Numbered from the stretch's first letter, positions 37,821 to 47,604 are shown. The stretch: 64,000 nucleotides of DNA from Candidatus Falkowbacteria bacterium (GCA_018674305.1 JABHAL010000015.1:128532-192531); one strand, 5' to 3'. Notes: a model not told the origin generated them from the sequence alone. Numbers and translations: made by a program.

Positions 37821-39446
37821 CTACTCATCACAAACTTCACCATTGTGATCAAGTTTAACAACAAACGCGTCAGCAAAACCGTTATTAGGATAAACATTGC
37901 CAGCCACTACAAAACCAAGAGTCTCAGTTTGCGCTACGGCCATGCCGTTTTCCATATCAGTTCCGCCAAATGTCTTTTGCCATTCAACTTCACCATCATT
38001 AAAAAGTTTTACCAGCCAGACGTCGGACATCCCGGCGCCCATGGACCAAGTATCACCCACAGCAATATAGCCAGTATCTTCAGTTTGCTGAATTGAATGA
38101 AACAAATCAATTTCACTGCCACCAAGGACTTGTTCCCAAAGCAGATCACCTTCATAGCTTAGCTTAAAAATCCAGCCTTGCCACTGCTCAGCAGGGTCGA
38201 GCTGAATTATTCCAGTAAACACTAAGCCCCCATCAAAAGACTGAATAACCTTGTGCACTTCGTTCTTAGTTCCCCCGGAAAATGATTTTTCCCAGACTAA
38301 TTCGCCAGAATTATCCAACTTTAACACTTTGGCAGTTTGTATATTTTCAATTATATCCTGAGTGTAGCCGGACAAAATAAATCCATCGGAAACAAGTCCG
38401 GGACCAAAGACCTGATCAATTGAGGTACCCCAATCTTCAGCTGATCCACCGTATTTTTTCTCCCACTCGAGCTCGCCAAACTGACTCAATCGCAAAACCC
38501 AAAAATCTTTTCCGCCTGCGCTATCCGTTGTGGAATAGCCAACTGCCGTAAACTTTCCATCATCCGTCTGCACTACATCATACACTCGATCATTACCGGC
38601 GCCACCAAATTTCTCGCTCCAAACTATTGAACCATTGTCAGGATCAAGCTGAAGGATCCAAGCATCAAACAGAACTGAATCGGGTTGTTGTGCATAGCCT
38701 GCAACAACATAACCACCACCAAAAACTTCTTTGACAGACTCAGCCCATTCCATACTACCTTCATCACCAGTAATCACGGTCCATAGAACTTCACCTAATT
38801 CATCTAGCTTAGCCACAAAGAAGTCATGTTCCAAAGTAGCGCCCGGTCCAACAAAGCCTACAGCAACACAACCACCATCTGCTGTCAGTGTTAAATCGCT
38901 GAAATAATCAGCTTCCATTGTGATAAAATCCGTTTGCCACAAGTCACAAGACTTATCTTGACAAATACCACTCTCATCACAAAACTGCCAAAGATCACAG
39001 TTTTCATCACAAAAATCATCCAAACATTCAATATTACAATGAAGCTTGCAAATGCCATCTTCGCAATATTTATCCGGATGACATTCTTGAATCTCAGTCC
39101 ATTGCCAACAGTCCGACGCCACCTCGAAGCAATATTGGTATTCTTGACCTGAAACACATTTTCGTTCATCAGGCGAACAATTGGATTCACAAGAAACTTC
39201 AGAGTTATCTATACTCAAATCTTCAACTTCAATTTCCGATTGCTCTTCCGAATCGATTTGACCACTGTCTTTTTTGTGAACATTCAAATCTTCATTCACA
39301 ATAAACTCTTGGAAATCGATATCCTGTTCAAGCTCAATATTTGAATCGCTAGGCAACTCCCCAACTACTATGTCTGAGAGAATCCCTGTTGTTGAAGCGC
39401 CACATGAGCAAAGAAACAATACAAGTAAAATGATGATTTTTTTCAT
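37821..39446 (-). CDS. Lipoprotein with Cys-rich linker and beta-propeller repeat domain
   Basis: Lipobox LCSC; repeats of T.DGG.V..G...D.W..KL...G...W.K..GG. Confidence 0.85.
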   Translation of the reverse strand: MKKIIILLVLFLCSCGASTTGILSDIVVGELPSDSNIELEQDIDFQEFIVNEDLNVHKKDSGQIDSEEQSEIEVEDLSIDNSEVSCESNCSPDERKCVSGQEYQYCFEVASDCWQWTEIQECHPDKYCEDGICKLHCNIECLDDFCDENCDLWQFCDESGICQDKSCDLWQTDFITMEADYFSDLTLTADGGCVAVGFVGPGATLEHDFFVAKLDELGEVLWTVITGDEGSMEWAESVKEVFGGGYVVAGYAQQPDSVLFDAWILQLDPDNGSIVWSEKFGGAGNDRVYDVVQTDDGKFTAVGYSTTDSAGGKDFWVLRLSQFGELEWEKKYGGSAEDWGTSIDQVFGPGLVSDGFILSGYTQDIIENIQTAKVLKLDNSGELVWEKSFSGGTKNEVHKVIQSFDGGLVFTGIIQLDPAEQWQGWIFKLSYEGDLLWEQVLGGSEIDLFHSIQQTEDTGYIAVGDTWSMGAGMSDVWLVKLFNDGEVEWQKTFGGTDMENGMAVAQTETLGFVVAGNVYPNNGFADAFVVKLDHNGEVCDE

Positions 39447-39587
39447 TGATTTCTCCTTGGTTTAATTTTCAATAAACTATTGACTGACTACCATCAATCA
39501 AACAAAACACTCTAACATTTTTGAATAAATATGTCAATTATTGAGACAAAAAATCCCCAAGTCCATTGGACCTGGGGATTGTGTTTT

Positions 39588-40709
39588 CTAGAAATTGTCA
39601 TTCAACGTACGGTAGACAAAACCCTCACTGGCGGTGATAGTAGCAATGTACACATCTCCACCAACCGTAGGAATTTGATTCTTGATGTACGAATGAAATT
39701 CCGAGGTTGAATCAATCAACCACTTAATAACCTTCAGACACTCCCGCAGGGTCATATCACTCATGTGGTCAATGCTAGCCCCTTCACGAATATTTTGCAT
39801 AAGATCTTCACACATTGCCATCCCGAGCGACATACTGACACCAGCAAAGTCAAATTCATCGGTAGCCTCGTCAAAAGATCCGTCCGGAGCTCTCTTCTTC
39901 GCTTCTTCAAAAAGCGCATCGATATCTTTCAAGCCATCTTCCAACATCTTCTTAAGGTCGGACGCTGGAAGCTTCTCGGTTGGCAAAGTACCACCTTCTG
40001 CACACAAACCCAAAAGATACGTGAGCATTTCCGTGACTTTGTCTTTCAAAAGGTCTGGCAAGCGCGTATCTCTCCCCAGGATCATTCTGTCCACAACGCC
40101 AGTATCGCCAAGCGGATAAAACAACTTGCCGCTACCAAGCTTGACAAAGTCAAAGTTTATCTTCTTCTCATTGTCATGAACCTTTGACTTGTAAATGACT
40201 CTCGCAAAATAGCAAATGTAATCCTTTTGGACTGGGCAATATCCAGCAAAAATAAAGGATCCGAAACGCGAAGAGCCGTTCAATTCTTCCATGGCGACCG
40301 TCATCCTGACTTTCATGGAATTCATGTAATCCTCAAAAGCCAGATCCTCAGATGCTCCTTCTTTTTGCATTTCCTGAGCTACACTGACCACCATGTTATC
40401 AATCAAAGCATCCCCTACGGTCATCACACCGCCAAAAGGCTTCCCATCCTTGTAGAAAGTTGGAAACAACTTTTTAGCACGAAAACTTTTGATGACTGCG
40501 TCGTCTTTTGCCTGAACCATTTTTTTCATAGCTTCTGCTTTCAGAGCAGCAAGGTCGACTTCGTCAGCACCCTCCTTTTGTGCTTCATCAAACAACTCTT
40601 TGATTTCTGACCACAAGTTGACCTCAAAGAATGTGCGTGACGTAGAAACCAAACTGTCAGCTCCAAGTGCCACACCGTGCTCATTACAAATCATAATTCC
40701 TAAACTCAT
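39588..40709 (-). CDS. Ntn-hydrolase / proteasome-beta-like protein
   Basis: N-terminal (M)SLGI...GVALGADS and C-terminal TVGGDV.IATIT. Confidence 0.65.
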   Translation of the reverse strand: MSLGIMICNEHGVALGADSLVSTSRTFFEVNLWSEIKELFDEAQKEGADEVDLAALKAEAMKKMVQAKDDAVIKSFRAKKLFPTFYKDGKPFGGVMTVGDALIDNMVVSVAQEMQKEGASEDLAFEDYMNSMKVRMTVAMEELNGSSRFGSFIFAGYCPVQKDYICYFARVIYKSKVHDNEKKINFDFVKLGSGKLFYPLGDTGVVDRMILGRDTRLPDLLKDKVTEMLTYLLGLCAEGGTLPTEKLPASDLKKMLEDGLKDIDALFEEAKKRAPDGSFDEATDEFDFAGVSMSLGMAMCEDLMQNIREGASIDHMSDMTLRECLKVIKWLIDSTSEFHSYIKNQIPTVGGDVYIATITASEGFVYRTLNDNF

Positions 40710-40866
40710 GACATACCTCCACTTTGTTAAAATACAATTATATTCAACGTAATTGTTGACTGAAAATTATACACTATTGACATGATTTGTCAAGTGTTAG
40801 AACACAATTCAAACAAATTATTTAGATTGATTAACTTGAAACCTACAGTTTACACACCGACAGACT

Positions 40867-40985
40867 CTACTTTTTGACCCCAAAAAGTAGCAAAAAGGCT
40901 GGGGCTCCACAATTCGCTTCTTACTCTTTTAGTATATCTTTCTTATTACGGCTCAATGTTCTGCCCCAGACCCCGCCCTGCTATT
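40867..40985. repeat. Palindromic REP/MITE-like element
   Basis: CTACTTTTTG-ACCC-CAAAAAGTAG plus distant pairing CTGGGGC/GCCCCAG in a non-coding gap. Confidence 0.4.
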
Positions 40986-41068
40986 TTTGGTCATTGCGAT
41001 AAAAGGACACGAAATCCCAAATTAATATCAAAACAATGTCTTAGAAAGAAATACTGTCCACACATCGT

Positions 41069-41644
41069 CTAAACAACCAAATATGCAATATCTAATCCTA
41101 TATCAAATCTATTATACTTTTCAAAGTTAAAACCCTCTAAGCCAGGATAATGAAAAAGGTCTTCGATCTTCTCATTTTTCAATGCATCATGATAGTTATA
41201 AATAATAATTGACCCACCTGGCGCTAAAAAGTTTTTCAACTTTTCAACTACGCTTTTTCTGTCCTTTTCATATAATAAATATGGTTCCAAAATAATATAC
41301 TTAAATTTTATTTCCGTAGAAAATAAATCGATTGAACAGCAATAAAAGTTTTCATTGAACTGCGGTAAAATCTCTTCTTTGGCCTGCTCGATCGACTGCT
41401 CCAAAAAATCAACGCCATACGGAACAACATTCAGATTAGAAAAGTATGTTAAATGGCGCAACAATAAACCATTACCACAACCTAGATCCAAAACATTGCC
41501 ATCTTCCTCTAGGTATTGCAAAAAACTATTATAAATATCCATTGGATAATCTTTGAAACCGTTTACATTAATCAATCCAGGCGTTTGTTCCAGCCAATAT
41601 TTTTCATAAAACTGTTTTTGTCTTGTCTCGTAAAAATTACTCAT
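41069..41644 (-). CDS. Class I SAM-dependent methyltransferase (RiPP locus)
   Basis: VLDLGCGNG, YGVD, LAPGG. Overlaps the rSAM stop codon. Confidence 0.88.
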   Translation of the reverse strand: MSNFYETRQKQFYEKYWLEQTPGLINVNGFKDYPMDIYNSFLQYLEEDGNVLDLGCGNGLLLRHLTYFSNLNVVPYGVDFLEQSIEQAKEEILPQFNENFYCCSIDLFSTEIKFKYIILEPYLLYEKDRKSVVEKLKNFLAPGGSIIIYNYHDALKNEKIEDLFHYPGLEGFNFEKYNRFDIGLDIAYLVV

Positions 41645-42752
41645 AAATACTAGCTTTTATGTGTTCAATTAGCTGTATTGTTTCCCGACAATAAATTGAC
41701 GGTGCGTCATAAGTATCTTTGCCTGTATGTCGGAAAGCGTGGCCACCAGAACCGCAAATATTCAAATAATCACAACTCACACATTGCTCCGGCAAGTTAA
41801 CTTCCGATTGGTGTAGAGCTTTTACTTTGGAATGATCAAAGAAATCAACCAATTTATTTTTCTGTACATTCAGACCAAGTTCCACAAAACCATCTCCACA
41901 AATTCTCAGATCATCAACTAGCTGGATACTTCCATCGGTGTCAATTGTCAACATATCTAAACCTGAATGTCGAATCGAACACATCGGCTCATTAGAACCA
42001 ATTAATAAATCAATTATACTATCAAAAATTCTAATCGACACTTCAGGATCGTCCATAGCTAAATATTTTTCAAAAATCGGTTTTAACCAATCGAAATATT
42101 CACTTTTATTTTCATTATAACCAAAAGGGTTATGCGGATTTCTAAGTGGTAACAAAAAGTCAACTTTTTTCACACCCAATTGCAGGAAATGATCATACAA
42201 TTCCAAAGGATCACTCTTGCTATCTATCACGCACAGTAATCCACGAAAACAGGCTGGATCAGCCTTGGCTTGCAACTGTTTCAAACCGCGGACAATGTTA
42301 TTATATGAATCTTCACCGGACTTCATTTTTGATTTGTTTTGTACATCAGGACCGCCATCCAGACTTATACCGACTTTTAATTTATGTTTGTTAAATAATT
42401 CAATGAATTCATCATTTATCAAGGTTCCATTGGTTTGCATTGAAACACCCACACCTGGAATCTTGTTCAGGTTAGTCAAAATATAATCTAACTTTTCAAG
42501 TCCCAAAATTAATGGTTCACCACCGTGCAAAACAACTTCTAACTGCTCAACCTTATTTTCCTTTACATACTCCGTCAGACGCTGACACACTTTTTCAATC
42601 ATGGCAGAAGAAATAATTGGTGGTTTTTTATTAAAACTATTGTCCGGCCCGCTAAACATAAAACAGTGCGGGCAAGCCATGTTACAAACTTCAGTAACTT
42701 TGAAAACAACTGTACTAATTATTTTGTCGTAAGCTCTTTCATTTATTTTCAT
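41637..42752 (-). CDS. Radical SAM/SPASM peptide maturase, FxsB (cyclophane-forming)-like
   Basis: KV...CNMACPHCFM, LHGGEPL, QTNG.L, ISLDG, IDTDGSI..VD.L, CxxC.....CGSG...C. Confidence 0.88.
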   Translation of the reverse strand: MKINERAYDKIISTVVFKVTEVCNMACPHCFMFSGPDNSFNKKPPIISSAMIEKVCQRLTEYVKENKVEQLEVVLHGGEPLILGLEKLDYILTNLNKIPGVGVSMQTNGTLINDEFIELFNKHKLKVGISLDGGPDVQNKSKMKSGEDSYNNIVRGLKQLQAKADPACFRGLLCVIDSKSDPLELYDHFLQLGVKKVDFLLPLRNPHNPFGYNENKSEYFDWLKPIFEKYLAMDDPEVSIRIFDSIIDLLIGSNEPMCSIRHSGLDMLTIDTDGSIQLVDDLRICGDGFVELGLNVQKNKLVDFFDHSKVKALHQSEVNLPEQCVSCDYLNICGSGGHAFRHTGKDTYDAPSIYCRETIQLIEHIKASIYE

Positions 42753-42776
42753 AGGTGTTCTTAATAATCAAAATAG

Positions 42777-42807
42777 TTGAGAGCAGGTAAAAAACCCACT
42801 CTCTCAA
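42777..42807 (-). terminator. Stem-loop between precursor peptide and rSAM genes
   Basis: TTGAGAG..GGGT-TTTTT-ACCTG-CTCTCAA. Confidence 0.55.
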
Positions 42808-42813
42808 TTCTGA

Positions 42814-42921
42814 CTATCTAAGCCATTGCGCGTGCATTGACTTTAATTCACCGGAAACGTTTTTTGCTTCTACTCTTTTCAGAGCTTTTGCCAAAAGGCT
42901 CATGTTCTTTAAGCTTTTCAT
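42814..42921 (-). CDS. Putative RiPP precursor peptide, 35 aa (absent from the ORF track)
   Basis: MKSLKNMSLLAKALKRVEAKNVSGELKSMHAQWLR*. Leader LAKALKRV and C-terminal His-X-X/Trp-X-X core, directly upstream of the rSAM gene. Confidence 0.8.
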   Translation of the reverse strand: MKSLKNMSLLAKALKRVEAKNVSGELKSMHAQWLR

Positions 42922-43143
42922 ACTTTTGATTATTTAATTAATTAATTATATAAATAGCCTTGGTTACTAACAGTTAACTATCTTGCTTAGATTATATTGA
43001 TTTTCAATTATGAAAACTACTGAAATTTTCAAGAAAACAAAAAAGCACTAAATTTAGTGCTTTATGTTTAAATATATTTGATATTATTTACTAATTTTAA
43101 TTAAAAATCCCACCATTCATGAACAGCAGGATTCAACATACAC

Positions 43144-43521
43144 TTATCTTGGCCACAACCGAGGCTTATTACGTGGTGTAGCATATCGTTGTTTCTTCCA
43201 GTTATATCTACAAAATGTACAGGTATCAGGAGTTTTAATTACCGACAACTGACTTGAAGTTCCCCGGTAACTTAAACAGGCCAAACAAAAATGATAACAT
43301 CTGTAACTTATTCCCATTCCGTATGTATCGACGTGGCTCAACATACAAACCAGTTCTTCTTTGCCACACACAGGACACTTTATTTCAAATATCCGAACCC
43401 AACAACGACGGGCGCCAACCGAGTTTCTAACCTCTTTTAATATTCCATGTAGCTCCCCAACAGGTACAGCATCTAGAACCGTTCTAATCCTTTTTTTCAA
43501 AAGCCATTGTCTAATGCCCAT
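43144..43521 (-). CDS. Hypothetical zinc-finger protein
   Basis: CPVC, CLAC, CTFC; GGAGG SD. Confidence 0.65.
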   Translation of the reverse strand: MGIRQWLLKKRIRTVLDAVPVGELHGILKEVRNSVGARRCWVRIFEIKCPVCGKEELVCMLSHVDTYGMGISYRCYHFCLACLSYRGTSSQLSVIKTPDTCTFCRYNWKKQRYATPRNKPRLWPR

Positions 43522-43594
43522 GACTTCCTCCGTTGCAATTGAATATCAAATCAATTTAACTTATTTTTAGTAAAATGTCGATGAGGGACCTACT

Positions 43595-44065
43595 TTATAT
43601 TTTGTTATCTCTTATCATTTCAAACAACTCATCCACTGGAAATTGCAAATCCTTTTTCTTTAGCTTACTTACATCAACCCATTCCGGTTTTTCGGATTCA
43701 TCATCCTCAACTTGATAGTCTTCCGCCAATTCAAAACCAAGTGGTTTACATTCAAAAAAGAAGCAATAATTCTGCCAAGCGTTGTCCGTCGGATCGTAAT
43801 AGAACATTGTTTTTTTGCGGGCAAGCAATTCTCCAACTTCAACATCTATTCCGCATTCTTCGTGTGTCTCCCGCTTAACAGCATCTTCCATCTCTTCACC
43901 AATTTCCACTTCCCCGCCCGGCAAAAACCATTTACCGGGACTCTTGGTATTAACTAACAATATTTTTCCTTCATGTTTAATAATCCCGTAGGCAGAGACC
44001 CGGTTGGTAAATTTTTCTTTTGGTAGCATTACGTAGTTACCGTTTATTGAGCGGGCTTTTAGCAT
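43595..44065 (-). CDS. NUDIX hydrolase
   Basis: GGEVEIGEEMEDAVKRETHEECG Nudix box. Confidence 0.92.
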   Translation of the reverse strand: MLKARSINGNYVMLPKEKFTNRVSAYGIIKHEGKILLVNTKSPGKWFLPGGEVEIGEEMEDAVKRETHEECGIDVEVGELLARKKTMFYYDPTDNAWQNYCFFFECKPLGFELAEDYQVEDDESEKPEWVDVSKLKKKDLQFPVDELFEMIRDNKI

Positions 44066-44172
44066 AGGTAAATATCAGTTAAAAGTTGAAAGCTAAAAAG
44101 TTTATAAAGTTGAAAATTATAATTCTTCTATATCTATATTACAACCTTTCAGCTAAAATTACAACCCGAAAT

Positions 44173-44682
44173 TTATTTCTTCAGCGCCATTTCATAAACA
44201 TCATAATCCGCCTGCGCATAGCAAACAAAAACAACCTTTTCAAAACAATCATCCTCTTTTATAAAATCCTGGACTGTATCAACGGCGATTTTGGCGGCCT
44301 TTCGTTTAGGATAACCGAATACACCGGTTGAGATACACGGAAAAGCGATTGATTGACAATTATTTTCTTTGGCCAATTTTAAACTATTCAAATAACAATC
44401 CCGAAGCAGGTTCGGTTCTTCCCCACCATGCTGACCGTATCTTGGACCAACGGCATGAATAACATATTTTGCTGGTAACTCATGACCTGAAGTTATTTTC
44501 GCCTGACCAGTTTTACAACCACCAAGTTTGGCACATTCAAGTTTCAACTCATAGCCAGCGCCCGAATGGATTGCGCCGTCCACTCCGCCACCACCAAGCA
44601 AAAGTTCGTTAGCCGCATTAACAATTGCGTCAACTTTTTGGTTGGTGATGTCGCCTTTTTCAAGAAAGATTTTAGTTTTCAT
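44173..44682 (-). CDS. Macro-domain O-acetyl-ADP-ribose deacetylase (YmdB-like)
   Basis: GDIT..VDAIVNAAN..L.GGGGVDGAIH, IAFPCISTGVFGYP. Confidence 0.93.
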   Translation of the reverse strand: MKTKIFLEKGDITNQKVDAIVNAANELLLGGGGVDGAIHSGAGYELKLECAKLGGCKTGQAKITSGHELPAKYVIHAVGPRYGQHGGEEPNLLRDCYLNSLKLAKENNCQSIAFPCISTGVFGYPKRKAAKIAVDTVQDFIKEDDCFEKVVFVCYAQADYDVYEMALKK

Positions 44683-44709
44683 ATTAAAACATTGGCTTTC
44701 AACGCTTTC

Positions 44710-45051
44710 TTACAAATTATCCAGTGCTGCTGGCTCACAATTCTCAAACTTACCTAAATCAATTGAGGTCATCTCAAAGTGTCCACCTTCCTGCTCAAAC
44801 CTCATCAAGAACTTATTATCCAAAACAATGTCAAAACCACGACCATTATTGCCACCTCGTGGAAACATGTCTACTTTTCTATTCTCACGACCGCGGGTAA
44901 AAAGAAAAGCTGCCAACCTAAAGTCCATTGATTTCGCACCATAGCGTCGGAATAGATAACGATTAAAGGTGTCTGGGAACATGGCGTACAAGAACTTCTC
45001 TACCATGCTAAGATGAATAACTTTCTGCGTCTCGGGTGTGTGATTTTTCAT
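44710..45051 (-). CDS. Hypothetical protein
   Basis: Co-oriented ORF in a tightly packed gene run. Confidence 0.6.
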   Translation of the reverse strand: MKNHTPETQKVIHLSMVEKFLYAMFPDTFNRYLFRRYGAKSMDFRLAAFLFTRGRENRKVDMFPRGGNNGRGFDIVLDNKFLMRFEQEGGHFEMTSIDLGKFENCEPAALDNL

Positions 45052-45072
45052 ATTTTTTTAATGTTATTTTTT

Positions 45073-45462
45073 TTAATAGTTAGCAGTTAATATTTGAAAT
45101 GGAGTATTGTCCGTTCGCCTGAACTTAATTGATTTAACCATTTTGTGGCGAAGGAAGGTTGGTTTATCAATATCAACATCATGGTAAGAACCTTTCCCAC
45201 GATAAACATAGGCCTTCACTTCTCCTGACCGCAACCACCGAAAAGGTAAGGCTGTGCCGTTTATCAATTTCTTCACATCCTTTTCTAGCTTCGGCGGATA
45301 GGCGTATCCTTTGACTTCAGGATCATAGTCCTTACCGAATTTAGCGTCTTTATTATCAATAGTAATTACAACTTCCACAAAGGAATCTGAGGTGTTGGAA
45401 AAGTTCACGACTTTCGTACCGTCAAGTTCTTTGACCTTTAGTTTAAATGGCTCATTTTTCAT
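45073..45462 (-). CDS. Hypothetical protein
   Basis: Starts 6 nt after the FtsZ-like gene stop. Confidence 0.65.
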   Translation of the reverse strand: MKNEPFKLKVKELDGTKVVNFSNTSDSFVEVVITIDNKDAKFGKDYDPEVKGYAYPPKLEKDVKKLINGTALPFRWLRSGEVKAYVYRGKGSYHDVDIDKPTFLRHKMVKSIKFRRTDNTPFQILTANY

Positions 45463-45468
45463 ATAATT

Positions 45469-46344
45469 TTAATTAGCCAAAAGTACAATTTTCAAGTTCT
45501 GTTTGATTTTAGCATCATTCACAACTCCAAAGATAATTCTAGCTTTATTAGTTAATTGTTTTTGTATTTTATTACAAATGTCGCCCACTTCCTGCATAAG
45601 CAAATCACTGTTGGAATAGATCACGTACAATGAACGAGAAAAATCGGTCTTGGTAGATTTCAGTTGGGTATTTGTAAAAAGTTGATTAACTATGCTCGTC
45701 AGATCCTCTTTTGTGCCACTGATAGAATTGAAAAACAGTTCTCCGCCGTTCTCTATTGTTGAACGCAGATCTGCAAAATCAACATTGATCACTCCACACT
45801 TATTAATAAGGTCAATAATTGACAGGATTACCCCGCTAAGCATATTATCAACCTTTGTTAAACCTTCTGCGATTGGAACTCCTTTTTGGATTGTTTTGTC
45901 ACTATCCAAAACCAAAACTGAATCTATTTCATCATGCAGATAGGCTTTGTTTTGTTCAGACTGTTCTAATGCTAGTTTGCCTTCGAAGAAAAATGGTGAT
46001 GCGCCCACAAAAACTGTTAAAATTCCTTTTTGTCTGGCCAGTTGGGCGATTGTTGCAGTTTGGGTTACGGTAACCTTGTTAGTAAGGTTAGAAATGAAGA
46101 AAACAATATCCGTGTTATCCAGGATTTTTTCTATCTGGGATTTCTTGCTATCAATAGCTTGGCCAGGATTGTCTATATCAACCTGGGTTAATTCTATTTT
46201 CTTGTTAACCTCAAGACCCTCGAACACTTTTTCACGCTTAGCAATTGCAATTCTTTTGACTGACTTTGGCAGGTCATTGAGGCGATTAAGAACGTTACAG
46301 CCTCTATTACCTACGCCAATGATTTTAACCTTGATTGTTGACAT
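45469..46344 (-). CDS. Divergent FtsZ/tubulin-family paralog lacking the GGGTGTG motif
   Basis: IKIIGVGNRGCN, PFFFEG, GVINVDFADL and IIFGVV are present. The signature loop reads SNLTNKVTVT and there is no C-terminal tail. Confidence 0.82.
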   Translation of the reverse strand: MSTIKVKIIGVGNRGCNVLNRLNDLPKSVKRIAIAKREKVFEGLEVNKKIELTQVDIDNPGQAIDSKKSQIEKILDNTDIVFFISNLTNKVTVTQTATIAQLARQKGILTVFVGASPFFFEGKLALEQSEQNKAYLHDEIDSVLVLDSDKTIQKGVPIAEGLTKVDNMLSGVILSIIDLINKCGVINVDFADLRSTIENGGELFFNSISGTKEDLTSIVNQLFTNTQLKSTKTDFSRSLYVIYSNSDLLMQEVGDICNKIQKQLTNKARIIFGVVNDAKIKQNLKIVLLAN

Positions 46345-46394
46345 AAAATTAGAATTTTATATAGTTATAACCTAAACTTTGTGAAATGAAATTA

Positions 46395-47426
46395 TTATGG
46401 ATATATCAGAGTAAGTTCATTGTTTGTCCATTTATAATATCGAGAAGAAAATCGTTCCCAGACTGCCATATTACGTTTACGATTTTCATTATCTATCCGA
46501 TAAAGATCTAATGTGCTGGACGGATTAACGATAAGTAAATTACTTTCTAGCTGAAAATCTATTCCTAACTCAGATACAAATTCATTTGTTTGATAAATTA
46601 TTCCTGTAATATTATCAATTATTACAAAACGTTGGCAATTTGCCCCACAACCGTAGTCAACAACAGTATAATGCCCGGCGAAATTCGGGCTACCATCATA
46701 AGCATTTGTAAGAATGGTTTTAAATTTTATTCCGACAGGATGGCTATTAAGATCAAGCGGAGAATAAGATGAACTAGCGGCCGTCTCTGATACTGGATAT
46801 TTTTCAAAAGTGGGTAATGAGCTTAAATGTTCTATTTTTTCTACAACTACATTTGGAATACACACTTGATTTCCATTACGGTCCTTTTGATCATAATAAT
46901 CACAATCTGCTCCGTTAAAACTACCTGTAATTCGGTAAATGCCACTCCAATCAACACCGTCACTTTTCGTAACACCATATCTCTTCATCATATAATTTAC
47001 CCAATTTCCAGAAAAATTTTGAGTTATTTGGTTATTAATTTCAAAAAGCTCCTCTTCCTTTGTGTAATCCGGGGCGCCCCAAAACCATTCATAATAATCC
47101 CATATGCTCGCTGGATGGTCTTCGTCAAATATCCAAAACTTTATTCCATCGATTTGAGTCTTGTCAGATATTACGCCGTTCCACTCCACCCGTCCTCCTT
47201 TCGTATTGCTGTTTTGAGCATTAATAGCAAATTCATAGGAAACCTTTTGGTTAGGATCGAGATTGTGTGTCTGAATGTTTGTTTCTAATACCTTTTCGGT
47301 TTTTTCTACTCCCACATCTGCGCTTTTTTTTCTTGTGAATAGTCCTTGATCAAGGCCAATAATAAATATTGCAATTACTAATAAAACTGCGGTTACTATT
47401 AAAATTTGAAGTCGTTCATTTTTCAT
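46395..47426 (-). CDS. Membrane-anchored hypothetical protein
   Basis: N-terminal TM; C-terminal PNFAGHY....GCG..C domain. Confidence 0.75.
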   Translation of the reverse strand: MKNERLQILIVTAVLLVIAIFIIGLDQGLFTRKKSADVGVEKTEKVLETNIQTHNLDPNQKVSYEFAINAQNSNTKGGRVEWNGVISDKTQIDGIKFWIFDEDHPASIWDYYEWFWGAPDYTKEEELFEINNQITQNFSGNWVNYMMKRYGVTKSDGVDWSGIYRITGSFNGADCDYYDQKDRNGNQVCIPNVVVEKIEHLSSLPTFEKYPVSETAASSSYSPLDLNSHPVGIKFKTILTNAYDGSPNFAGHYTVVDYGCGANCQRFVIIDNITGIIYQTNEFVSELGIDFQLESNLLIVNPSSTLDLYRIDNENRKRNMAVWERFSSRYYKWTNNELTLIYP

Positions 47427-47499
47427 AGAATTTTTGCTAAGTTTTCAGATAATCTCATTGTAACACTCCTGTCAAAAACAAAAAAATGTGCAAAGTGAA

Positions 47500-47585
47500 C
47501 ACATTTTTTATTCAAATTTCCTGATTCAGTTGTAATTTTGCGGAGACGTCAGTGGCTCTTTTTTAGGAGTGAGCTGGGGATAAGT
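47500..47585. repeat. 86-bp direct repeat, copy 1
   Basis: Matches 48917-49002 with one mismatch. Confidence 0.92.
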
Positions 47586-47604
47586 GTATTATATCCTCAC
47601 AAAT

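Noticed and set aside
45469-46344. Calling this gene the housekeeping ftsZ
   Set aside because: The tubulin signature GGGTGTG and the C-terminal peptide are absent and there is no ftsA/dcw context, so the symbol was withheld.
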